Source: Eledone cirrhosa
Taxonomy: Eukaryota
Direction of reading: 5' to 3'
Assembly: GCA_964016885.1 (NCBI GenBank)
Contig: OZ024760.1
Location: 930,001-994,000 of the forward strand
Length of the DNA: 64,000 nucleotides
The position numbers and the translations under genes were made by a program. Within the stretch, counting starts at the first letter, position 1, and every line of letters starts with the position of its first letter. Shown here one piece after another: positions 26,698 through 39,582 of this stretch. The notes under the pieces are model-generated. The model did no database searches, had not been told where the DNA came from, and was given only the letters and a program-made list of their open reading frames with translations.

Positions 26698-27282
26698 ATT
26701 GGCAGTAATCGGTAGAGTGTCGGATATCAGGCTTTGCAGCAAACAGTTACGTCCCTTTACAGTCTGAGTTCAAATCCCGCCGAGGTCAACTTTGCCTTTC
26801 ATCCTTACGGGGTCGATAAAATAAAGTACCTGTAATACACTGGGATAATTGCTGTCCTTGTGCCAAAATTAGAAACAATTATTATTGGCAGTATCGGTAG
26901 AGGGTCGGACGCCATGTATTGCAGCATAGAGTTACGGCCCTTTATGATTTGAGTTCAAATCCCGCCGAGGTTAACTTTGCCTTTCATCCTTACGGGGGTC
27001 AATGAAATAAAGTACCAGTAATACACTGGGGTAATTGCTGGCCTTGTGCCAAAAGTAGAAACAATTATTATTGTTGTTGTTGTTATTAGGGCATCGAACA
27101 CCATGCTTTGCACCAGAGAGTTGCGGCCCTTTACTATCTTAGTTCAAATCCTGCCGAGGTTAGCTTTGCCTGTCATCCTTACAGGGTTGATAAAATAAAA
27201 TACCAGTAATGCACTGGGGTCAATTTAATCGACTTTCCCTTCCCCTTCAAATTGTTGGCCTTGTGTCTAAATCAGAAATCAT
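26698..27282 (+). mobile_element. Three head-to-tail copies of SINE family M
   Basis: Same head, centre and tail as 32910-33105, repeated three times. Confidence 0.9.
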
Positions 27283-27384
27283 TTTTTTTTTTTTTTCACA
27301 GTTCACTGGTATAAGGTGTGTGTCTGTCTTTGTGTTTATACACATATATATATGTATATATAATACATAACTATGGCACATAAT

Positions 27385-27514
27385 ACTGAATCTATAAGAT
27401 TTTGATGTTATTTATTTTGAGAGTAATACCTTAATGTAGGTATGTGTGGCCAGTTACGACCAGTTTGTACTGAGAGTGTTCTAGCCAGATATTGCCGGTT
27501 TAAATGCTAACGGG
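27385..27514. mobile_element. Right half of the piggyBac-type MITE
   Basis: Ends taaatgctaacggg-TTAA. Confidence 0.75.
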
Positions 27515-27515
27515 T

Positions 27516-27695
27516 TAAAATAAGTGGAATATTCCACTCCAGTTATAATAATCTCATCAGAATTGATTAAATACAAATAATATTTACCATTACATGTCCA
27601 TAAAACTATCACAGAGGTCTGAAAAGTATAAACAATTCAAATATTTGATTCTGATGGGATTATTATAGCAGGAATGGAATATTTCAGTTATTTTA
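27516..27695. mobile_element. Possible MITE with ~50-bp imperfect terminal inverted repeats
   Basis: taaaataagtggaatattccactcc...ataatctcatcagaat / attctgatgggattatta...ggaatggaatatttcagttatttta. Confidence 0.55.
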
Positions 27696-28015
27696 ATGAA
27701 ATGATCATCAATAAATTGAATGATTTAATTTAGCCTCAATCAATTCTGCTGTCTATCTTCATATATAGACATCAATCAGGATAGAACCAGTTTGAAACTA
27801 GTTAAACCATTTCTCAACAGAGTACTCAATACTTGATAGTAGAGTATGGCTATATTATAAAGTGTCTGGACCCGACAGCTGAGCTCTTGCCATTTCAACA
27901 GCTAATTCCCGAGTGTGTGTGTGCATGCGTATGTGTGTGTGTGTGTATATATATATATATGTATATATAGAGAGAGAGAGTAGGGAGACACACAGATATA
28001 TATATATATGAACTC

Positions 28016-28837
28016 CTGTAATGTGGCCATGTAGGCAACACGGTAAAAACCTCCCAGCCCCACACTGTAAATGTGGTTGGTGTTAGGAAGGGCATCCAGC
28101 TGTAGAAAACCCGCCAGATAGTCCTATGCGAGCAAGACAAACACTCTTGCCTCAAGTGGGAAAGCCCCCGTCCAAACCCATGCAAGCGTGGAACACGGAC
28201 GTTAAACGTTGATGATGATGATGAACTAAGGGAGAAATTAGGAATAAGAGGGATCAGATGTTGTTTACTCGAGAGAAGACTACGTTGGTATGGTCACGTG
28301 ATGCGCATGAAAGACAACAACTGTATAAAAATAGACGGTAGCCGGAGTAGGCAGACCCAGAAAAACCTGGGACGACTTGATAAATTCTGACCTCACACAC
28401 TTACACCTCTCCAAGACAATGTCACTGGACCGAGATCTTTGGCGCTACACAGTAATACAGAAGACCCGCCTTGCCTAAGTACAAAGCGAAACCTATAGTC
28501 AGTAGGCACCTCTAACAAAAATACACCCCGTCCCACCACCCCCACATCATCCACACCACCCCTTTCGATGTGAAGTTATGTTGGTACCACAACATCCAGT
28601 CTGAAATAAATGAGGTCGTGCAGGTGTCACAAAAAAAAAAACACACAGCCCACGCTGTAATGTGGCCGTGTAGGTAACACGGTAAAAAACCTCCCAGTCC
28701 ACACTGTAAACGTGGTTGGTGTTAGGAAGGGCATCCATCCGTAGAAAACCCACCAGGCAGTCCTATGCGAGCAAGTGGGAAAATTCCCGTCCAAACCCAT
28801 ACAAGCGTGGAAGATGGACGTTAAACGATGATGATGA
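28016..28837 (+). mobile_element. Two consecutive RTE family A 3' fragments (28016-28222 and 28223-28837)
   Basis: The second encodes [28 protein letters not shown] followed by the long 3' UTR; both end in (GAT)n. Confidence 0.88.
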
Positions 28838-28849
28838 TATATATATATA

Positions 28850-30260
28850 TGATCAGGTTATGAAAGTGGCAGAAAGGATATTAGCACAACTAATTAGAGA
28901 AAGGGTCAAACTAGATGAGATGCAGTTTGGTTTTGTGCCTGGGAAGAGTACAACAGATGCCCTCTTCTTGGTGAGACAATTGCAAGAGAGGTTCTTAGAG
29001 AAAAATAAGCCACTATACTTAGCCTTTGTTGACCTAGAGAAGGCCTTTGATAGGGTACCCCGATCTGTCATCTGGTGGTCCCTAAGGAAGCTAGGTGTTG
29101 AGGAATGGCTTGTGAGGACAGTGCAAACTTTGTACAGAGGTACTCTCAGTAAAGCCAGGGTAGGAATGGAGTTTAGTGAGGAATTCCAGATACAAGTTGT
29201 TCATTATAGTCCTCCAAGCCATAACAGAGGAGTTTAAGACTGGCTGTCCATGGGAACTTCTCTATGCTGACGATCTGGTTCTTATAGCAGAATCAGTAGA
29301 GGAGCTAGAGAATAAATTCTGGCTATGGAAACAGCAGTTGGAAGCAAGAGGACTGAGAATGAACCTAGCTAAAACAAAAGTGTTGATGAGTAGAAAAGAG
29401 GACAACACCCTGATTCCGTCAGGGAAATGGCTATGTTCGATATGCAGGAAAGGAACTGGCATAAATTCTATAAAATGCACATAATGCAGAGCCTGGGTAC
29501 ACAAGAGATGTAGCGGGATAGCAGGCAAACTAACAGGTAGGAAGAAATATGTATGCAGTAGATGTACAGGGAAATTAGACAGTAGAAGACGCATTGATAG
29601 ACACATTTTTCAGATGCAGGAAGGCGCTATAGAAGTGGTGGATAGCTTCCGGTACCTAGGAGATCAGATTAGCATGGGAGGAGGGTGTTCCGAGGCCATA
29701 GTATCTAGAATAAGGACGGGTTGGAAGAAGTTTAGGGAGCTGCTTCTTCTGTTGACGAAGAAGAGTTTCTCCCTGCGTACGAAAGGCCGGTTGTATGATG
29801 CCTGTGTGAGGAGCGCGATGCTGCATGGTTGTGAGACATGGGCAGCAACTGCAGAGGATATGCGACGGCTGGAGAGAAATGAGGCAAGCATGCTCCGTTG
29901 GATGTGCAGTGTAAATGTGCGTGAACGACCCAGCATAAATGTGTTGAGAGAGAAACTGTGTCTGAGAGAGATAGAATGTAGCGTACGGGTGTATGGGAGA
30001 GGAGACTGAGGTGGTATGGACATGTGATGCGCATAGAGGATGACCGATGGGTGAAGAAGTGCCAGGAAATGCCAGTTGAAGGAAGATGTGGTAGAGGTAG
30101 ACCACGAAAAACATGGGCGGAGGTGGTGAGAACAGACCTCAGATCATTGAAGCTCACTGGAGATGACGAAGGACCGTGACGAGTGGAGAGATGCTGTGCT
30201 GAATAAGACCCGTCCCACCCTTGCAAGCAGGGAAAAGTGGACGTAAAGTGATGATGATGA
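28850..30260 (+). pseudogene. 5'-truncated, frameshifted RTE-clade LINE (family B): RT, PHD-like finger and C-terminus
   Basis: QFGF, FVDLEKAFD, LLYADD, FRYLG and GRPRKTW motifs; the QG-containing motif is deleted near 29195; several frameshifts and stops; (GAT)n tail. Confidence 0.93.
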
Positions 30261-30346
30261 TATGTGTGTTTACATTTTCTGTGCATTTATATCCCATAAC
30301 TGTGTGTGTGATGTATATTGTGTTTGTGTGTGTGATGTATGTATGT

Positions 30347-30386
<40 letters not shown>

Positions 30387-31362
30387 ATGTGTGATGTGTA
30401 TATATATGTATATGTGTTTGTGTGATGTGTATATATGTGTGTGTGCGTGTGTGATGTATATATATATATATATATATACTTGGGTGTATGTGTAATGTGT
30501 TTGCTTTTACATTTGCTCATCCTCTTCCCCACTCCCTCCCACCTCTTTCTCCCCCTCCCCCTCCCCATCTCGCCCCCACTCCTCTCTCTCCTCTTAAATG
30601 TTTGTTTCTGTTGTTGTTTTCTTGATTGTTGTCATGTGTTAAACTGTTGTGTAATCTTAATTTAGTGTCGGATTTAACAACAAGGTAAATATATAAATAA
30701 ATAAAGTTAAATGTGAGTGGGGGTGGGTGGGGGTAGTGAGGGAGGCGCTGGATTGAAAGTGGGGGTGGAGTGAAGGGTGGGTGGGAGGAGTGAGGGAGGC
30801 GCTGGATTGGAAGTGGGGGTGGAGTGAAAGTTAAAGTGAGTGTGGATTGAGAGAGAGAGAGAAAGAGACCATGTGGGTGAGTGGTTTGTTGGAGTGAGGG
30901 TGGGAAGTGAATTGAAGGTGATGGAGGGAGGGAATGGTGGGGAAGATAGAGTGGGTAGTGGAGTGTAGATGGAGGGTGAGTGATTTGTGTGAAGGAAATT
31001 TGGTGGAGTGAGGAGGAGAGGGTGATGGTTGATGAAGTGATGCAGGGGGGTGCAGTAGAGGAGACATAGAGAGAGAAAAAAAGTGTGGTGGTGTGTTTGT
31101 AACCTTACCGTACTCCCCCCCCCCTGCTCTATCCCTTCCCTAACTCCTACCCACGTCACACCACCCACAGAAGATAAGTTGCTACACACAGAGGAACTGG
31201 GGTGGTGCAGTGTTTTTTGTTGTTTGTTTGGATTGAAATAATTATATATGCATATATTATGCATATATATATATATATATATATATAATACATATATATA
31301 TATATATATAAATATATAGTGACGAAACATAAGTCAATTGCATGAACTCATAATCCTTTATT

Positions 31363-31422
31363 TACTGCTATATATATATTTCGATGATAGCCATTGAATG
31401 GCTATAACCTCATCAGGCAGTT
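31363..31422 (-). ncRNA. Type I hammerhead ribozyme with canonical core in a TA-flanked cassette (~31319-31478)
   Basis: Minus strand: actgc-CTGATGA-ggttatagccat tca atggctatcatc-GAA-AtatatataT-A-gcagt; G-C closes stem II; AATAAA and then (TA)n follow. Confidence 0.85.
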
Positions 31423-32006
31423 AGTCAGTTCTTAGATATGCCAGCTCTGTGTTTATGGTGTTGATGGTATCAGAGCCTTATATATATATATATGACAGCC
31501 ACACAACCAATATAAATACGTTATTTTTCAAAATTTATCTACCATCTTGTATCCCTTGTGATTTTGAATTTTTACCTCACTGCCGTTAGCGAGCTATACT
31601 ATTAAGTCTACGCTAAGGTATGTCAATATCTTATCACCAAATATTATATTTTATTTGAGTTCAAACCCCGCCAAGGTTAACTTTGCCTTTCATCGTTACG
31701 GGGTCGATAAAATAAAGTACCAGTAATGTACTGGGTAATTGCTGGCTTTGTGCTAAAAGTAGAAACAATTATATTTTATCTGATGTAAGCACACTAAAAT
31801 TTTGTGTCCTTGAAAATACGTATAATAAAATACATATGGTATTATAAATATATTTTCCATTTATTAATATTGTTAATATTATATACTAGCAGAATGGCCC
31901 GGCGTTGCTCGGGATTCTAAAAATAGATTGGTATGTTTATCTCTCCTTTCTGAAATAGTACAATAAAATAAATATGGTGTTATAAAGATATTTTCCATTT
32001 GTTAAT

Positions 32007-32068
<62 letters not shown>

Positions 32069-32159
32069 AATGTAACGTCCAGTTGCGGTAGGTTGACCCA
32101 AGTGAGCACTCGATGCATAGTTTCCCATCTGTAAAGAGGTGTTGAACTAAGCAGAGTGT

Positions 32160-32545
32160 AATTATAATAATACAAGGACGATTCGTTATGTCTTCATTAC
32201 GTTTATTGATTGGTGACGCGTTTTGCTATTGATCAGCTCAAGGTTCAATCTGTATTAATCTAGCCTGACTCTGGATGGAATCAACAGATCATCAGACCTC
32301 TGCTGTGGTAATGACAGAATGAAGATATAGAGATTAGAAATGTCTGTAACGATTCACATTCAGTTCTGGGGGTCAGTTACTGTTGTTTTGATTGGTAGTT
32401 TTGCTATAAGGAATGGTTTGTCAATACCACAGCAGCTTTTGGGTTGGGCTAGATTAGATCGATACAGATCGAACCTTGAGCTGATCAATTGCGGCACACA
32501 CGCCACCAATCAATAAACGTAATGAAGACATAACAAATCGTCCTT
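32160..32545. mobile_element. MITE-like element with ~95-bp terminal inverted repeats
   Basis: aaggacgatt.gttatgtcttcattacgtttattgattggtg... inverted at 32450-32545; terminal copies also at 33355-33460 and 57012-57167. Confidence 0.8.
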
Positions 32546-32547
<2 letters not shown>

Positions 32548-32580
<33 letters not shown>

Positions 32581-32897
32581 TTTACATCCGCTTTTCCCTG
32601 CTTGCAAGGCTGGGACGGGAACTGGTTCTGGCTTGAGTTCTACAGCTGGATGCCCTTCCTAACACCAACCTCATTTACAGTGAGTGCTGGGTGCTTTTTT
32701 GCCGTGGCACCTCCACGACCACTTTGCAGTGGAATGATAGGGACCCCAGTCCCTATCATCTCATTTCTACAGCTGAGTAAACTGGAGCAATGTGAAATAA
32801 AGTGTCTTGCTCAAGGAAACAACACATCACCCGGTCTGGGAATTGAACTCACAACCTTTCGATTGCAAGGCCAATGCTCTAACCACAAAGCCATGTG
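32548..32897 (-). mobile_element. SINE family K, near full length
   Basis: Reverse complement of 57352-57700. Confidence 0.9.
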
Positions 32898-32909
32898 TAT
32901 TATTATATA

Positions 32910-33106
32910 TGGGCAGTGGATTGGCAGTATCGGTAGAGGGTCGGACTCCATGCTTTGCAGCAAAGTGTTACGGCCCTTTATCGTAGAGTTCAAATCCCGC
33001 CGAGGTTAACTTTGCCTTTCATCCTTACGGGGTCGATAAAATAAAGTACCAGTAATGTACTGGGATAATTGCTGGCCTTGTGCCAAAAGTAGAAATAATT
33101 ATTATT
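32910..33106 (+). mobile_element. SINE family M, full length
   Basis: tRNA-like head (tggcagtatcgg...gagttcaaatcc), conserved centre, tail gctggccttgtgccaaaagtagaaa(att)n. Confidence 0.9.
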
Positions 33107-33107
33107 A

Positions 33108-33156
<49 letters not shown>

Positions 33157-33519
33157 TGTCTGAGTGTGTATGTATATGTGGAAATTTACCTTAACAGTTA
33201 CCCACAATCACCTTCTCTACCACCACCGCCATCTTTTCTTTCACGCCCACCACCATCACCTCTACCACCACTGCCATCTCTTCTATCACAACCACCACCT
33301 TCACTATCATCAACACCTTAACCATCTCCTCCACCACCACCACACTAATATTTATCGATACAGATCGAATCAAGCCTTGAGCTGATCAATCGCGAAATGC
33401 GAGTCACACCTCAATAAACGTAATGAATATCTAACACTTCATCCTTTTTTTTTTATTATTAGTGTATATATATGCAAGAGTGGAACATGGACGTTAACCG
33501 ATGATGATGATGTTATAGT

Positions 33520-33713
33520 CTGGGGGGGGGGGGCATGCTGCCAATAAAAACACACGCACCTGTTGGTTTCACTTCAATTTATTATAAATTTCCAGTTGGT
33601 TGATTGGTTCGTTCAATAACCGGATGGTTGTTTATATATTGCCAATAGTCTTTCGTCACACATTCTGTGACCTTCTCAGTGACTGGGTTTTTTATTTTGT
33701 ATCCCTCCTCTGT

Positions 33714-33718
<5 letters not shown>
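33520..33718 (-). mobile_element. Solo 3' terminal region (pLTR-like) of the Neptune-like PLE, with a degenerate hammerhead at 33641-33683
   Basis: Reverse complement matches 63720-63945 (cccagtcactg....ggtcacagaatgtgtgacgaaag...gtgcgtgtgttt.ttattggca.catg). Confidence 0.8.
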
Positions 33719-33778
<60 letters not shown>

Positions 33779-34665
33779 CTTAATCACATATAAGCAACAC
33801 AACAAAATAAATCAAATAAATTTAACAAAAGACTGAAATGGAATATTTCACTCGTTTATAATTTGAGGATAAAAAACATTTTTCATACAGTGTAGTGTTT
33901 TTTAAAAAACATGTTGGCAGCACTGTTACCAATGCCCTCCTTTAATAGATTGATAGTGGAGATATTTTCCCCAAAGTAATTAACGTTTATGGCACCTGCC
34001 ATTCATAAAAGGGGAGAACCTTACATTTCTTCTTTTTTTGTTTTTTTTTTAATATTAAATCATTATTTGCTGGCCTTGTGCCTCAATTAGAAACCTCTTT
34101 CTTTTTCTTTGTCTTCGTCTTTGTCTTCTTTGTCTTCTTTCTTCTTTTTTCTTCTTTGTCTTCTTTGCCTTCTTCTTCTTCTTCTTCTTTGCCTTATTCT
34201 TCTTCTGCTCCTTCTTTTCTTCTTTTTCTTTCTTCTTTTTCTTTCTTCTTTTTCTTTCTTCTTCTTTCTTCTACTTTCCGTTTTCTTTTTTCTCTACCTC
34301 TGTAGTAATAGGTGTTTCTGTAAAATAATGATGCAGAGATAAGGAAAATTAAATAACAAAAACAAGCCACAGACTCCACCACCGGCACCCTGACCCCTGC
34401 CCCCACAAACTCCAGCCCCCTCCACCACCGAACAAAACCCCAAATCCGTTGTTATTAATTAGAGTTGATCTGACATCCTCAGTTGTTTGTAATCTGGTAT
34501 GTTTTCACACCCTGTCACTCACCTACCTTGCAGGGGGTGGTGGTGGTGGTGGTGTTGTTGTTGTTGTTTAGCCCTAGGTCAGTCCTGATGTAGAACTTGC
34601 ATAAAATAAATCATTCTAGCCTGTCTTTCGTTTATGAAACTTAATCAAGAATTTGAAGGGTTTAA

Positions 34666-34886
34666 CCCTTTAGCATTTAAACTGGCCATATCCGGCCAGA
34701 ATTTTCTCACCTCTTTCTGTTCGAACTGGCTGTAACTAGACTCTCATACTGATGTCAAGGTATTGTTCTCAAAATAAATAATATCAAAATCTCATAGATT
34801 CAATATTATATGGGATAATTATGTGAGGTAAAGCCTTTACCATGAAATTATAATAGTATATATAGAGTAATGTAAATGCTAAAGGG
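34666..34886. mobile_element. Complete piggyBac-type MITE in the opposite orientation, plus an extra terminus at 34925-34950
   Basis: TTAA-CCCTTTAGCATTTA ... TAAATGCTAAAGGG-TTAA. Confidence 0.9.
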
Positions 34887-35437
34887 TTAACCCAGGTACT
34901 TACTTACAATTATGAAGAAAGGTTGAGTAATGTAAATGCTAAAGGGTTAAATAATATAGCTAACTTTCTCATTAATAAGCTAGTGTTTGGAACATAACTT
35001 TAAGAAGGTTCTTATATAGAACTTCTTCAGTGAAGGCCTGATTAACTTTTTCGGGTTTCACCTGAAGTGAAAAATCAGGGTGAAGAGGGAAATGCTGCCT
35101 TCCAACCAGTTTGTTGAAAGGTGGGTGAGAGAGGCAAGCATGGTCCAAGTGAATGGGCCTGTTCTGAGTATGCACCTGTAAATTAGAGTAGGACAACTGA
35201 GAGAGGGCACTTGCCCTTGTGGTCAAATTTACCATGGCTTTTTGTGGGCTTTCTTTATGAGTGACTCTGATTTTTTTTTAAATGTTTATTTTTTTTAGTC
35301 CTTGTTATAAACCTTTCTTTCAAACAAAAACTCCACACTGTACCGTCTGTCAAAAACCCCTCCTGTACCATCTTTGTCCTCATAATGAACCCCCTGTGTA
35401 GCTAATAAAGAAACCATTATCATTATGTAGTATCGGA

Positions 35438-35836
35438 AGGCAGTGGATTGGTAGTACTGGTAAAGATTCAGACGCCATGCTTTGCAGCATAGAGTTACGG
35501 CCCTTTACGGTCTGCGTTCAAATCCCGCCGAGGTTAACTTTGCCTTTCATCCTTACGGGTTGATAAAATAAAGTACCAGTAATACACTGGGTCATTACTG
35601 GTCTTGTGCCAAAAGTAGCAACAATTATTATTATTATTTGGGTGGTGGATTGGCAGTATCGGTGGAGGGTCGAACAACATGCTTTGTGGCATATGGTTAT
35701 GGCCCTTTACATTCTGAATTCAAATCCTGCCGAGGATGGGGTCAATAAAATAATGCACCAGTATTGCTCTTGGGTTGATTTAATCAACTTTACCTTTCCC
35801 CAAAAATTGTTGGCCATTATTTTAAAATCAGAAACA
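35438..35836 (+). mobile_element. Two tandem copies of SINE family M
   Basis: Same diagnostic head and centre; the second has an internal deletion. Confidence 0.85.
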
Positions 35837-36090
35837 GCGGTTATATATGTTTTGAAATTTCTGAAATAGTCATCATCATCATCATCATTTTACATCTGTT
35901 TACTATGCTGGCATGGGTTGGATGGGTTGTTACAGTGTGCTCCATATTATACTTGGTCATTCGAACTACATGAAATAGCAGCCAAAACTCCCTCAAAATA
36001 TTCTTGTTTATAAATAGAAAAATGCCTTTGTGAGTATATGTGTGTGTGTGTGTATATGAAGAAATATATGTATATATATTTCTCGTTCTT

Positions 36091-36126
36091 TCTTCTGATG
36101 AAGGACTAGCGTCCAAAACGTTAAGA
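36091..36126 (+). ncRNA. Minimal hammerhead motif, same family as 8352, with G12 mutated
   Basis: tctt-CTGATGA-a-GGAC tagc GTCC-aAAAC GTT-aaga; the downstream ~90 bp also match 8388-8480. Confidence 0.65.
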
Positions 36127-36562
36127 CCCTCTTGCTGCTATTTCAAGCATTAACCTAATATATTCCTTCCATATACTGTACTGATTGTGTGGTTATTTCT
36201 GTTTATCTCTTACGTGTGTGTGTGTGTGTGTGTGATGGAATTTCAATGCCACCCCTACCCACTACACAGTTATTTATATATTTTCTTTTTCATATTTATT
36301 TTCTAATTAATTACCTATTAAACATCCTTCCATATGTTGCTTCAAGTATTTCCTATAGGAATATATAGGCGTATGTATACCTGTCTATATATACATGCAT
36401 ACCTGCCTCTCTCTCCATCTATCTATCTATCTATCTATATATATATATAATGTATATATATATATGTGTATATATATATATATTTGTGTGTATATATATG
36501 TGTGTATATGTGTATATATATATGTGTGTATATATATATATATATTTGTATATATATATATA

Positions 36563-36601
<39 letters not shown>

Positions 36602-36807
36602 GTATATATATATATATATATCTATATATATATATATATATTTGTATATATATATATATATCTATATATATATATATATATCTGTGTATATATATATATC
36701 TATATATATATATATATATATATATTTGTGTATATATATATATATATATCTATATATATATACACATACATACACACATATATATACATATATATACACA
36801 CACACAC

Positions 36808-36846
<39 letters not shown>

Positions 36847-36994
36847 TATATATATATATACACACACATACATATATATATATTGTATGTATGTATGTGT
36901 CGATGTGCGGGGTGTGTGTATATATGTATAAAATTATATAGATATACATGCACATGCACACACATATATATGCATCCAAAGATACCTACATACA

Positions 36995-37048
<54 letters not shown>

Positions 37049-37131
37049 GGAGGTGAGTTTTATTGTAGTACAATAAAGCAATGCAGATATCGGATAAGAA
37101 GCACTCTACAGTTTGTAGGACTGGAGTATAC

Positions 37132-37404
37132 ATAATATAAGATCAAAAGATGGTTAAAGGAGTTCCATGTATTTTATTATGCGCATTTCAAAAACAAACA
37201 TCATCATGCAATAATATTTGTGTTTTCATCAGATAAAACAGGAGAACATGATATGAAGGCTAAGAAACACTTGTGGATAGTGCAGTTTTAAATCAACATA
37301 TCCTGTTTTATCTGGTGAAAACACAAATATTATTGCATGATGATGTTTGTTTTTGAAATGCGCATAATAAAATACATGGAACTCCTTTAACCATCTTTTG
37401 ATCT

Positions 37405-37412
<8 letters not shown>
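37132..37412. mobile_element. Inverted duplication (112-bp arms) of a PLE 3' end with hammerheads at 37172-37238 (minus, intact) and 37306-37372 (plus, CTGGTGA)
   Basis: Arms 37132-37243 and 37301-37412 are reverse complements; left arm plus spacer match 60004-60172. Confidence 0.85.
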
Positions 37413-37440
<28 letters not shown>

Positions 37441-37723
37441 TGTGTCCCAAAAAATGTTTACACACATATATATAGTTTACACTGTATATAGTATGCAATA
37501 TCCATGTGTGAAAGCACATGGCATAGGGGTTAAGTAGCTGGGCTCAATCCTATATATTTGTGAGTTCGATTCCCAGACTAGGCTGTGTTTCTGTCCTTGA
37601 ACAAGACACTGTATTTCATGTTGCTCCAGTCCCACTAAAACAGTACATACATAAATACATATACACTTGTATATATGCATCTCTCTCTCTCTCTCTGTAT
37701 ATCTATATATATATCTCTCTCTG

Positions 37724-37759
<36 letters not shown>

Positions 37760-37814
37760 ATTATTTATTTAGTTAATTTCTCTGGACGAAGAAGAAAAGT
37801 TATGTAAAAGTTAT

Positions 37815-39507
<1,693 letters not shown>

Positions 39508-39582
39508 ACTTTGAAATGTTTTGGCCAGTATTGGCACAGGCCATGTCTAACTTAATAGCACCACCTGGCGAAGTCTTTCAAT

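Noticed and set aside
27540-27670. CTGATGA/CTGATGG in inverted arms as hammerheads
   Set aside because: No stem II followed by GAAA could be built; treated only as a possible MITE
31884-31915. Helitron-like terminus (actagcagaatggcccggcgttgctcggg)
   Set aside because: Only a short motif recalled from memory; no matching other end was found
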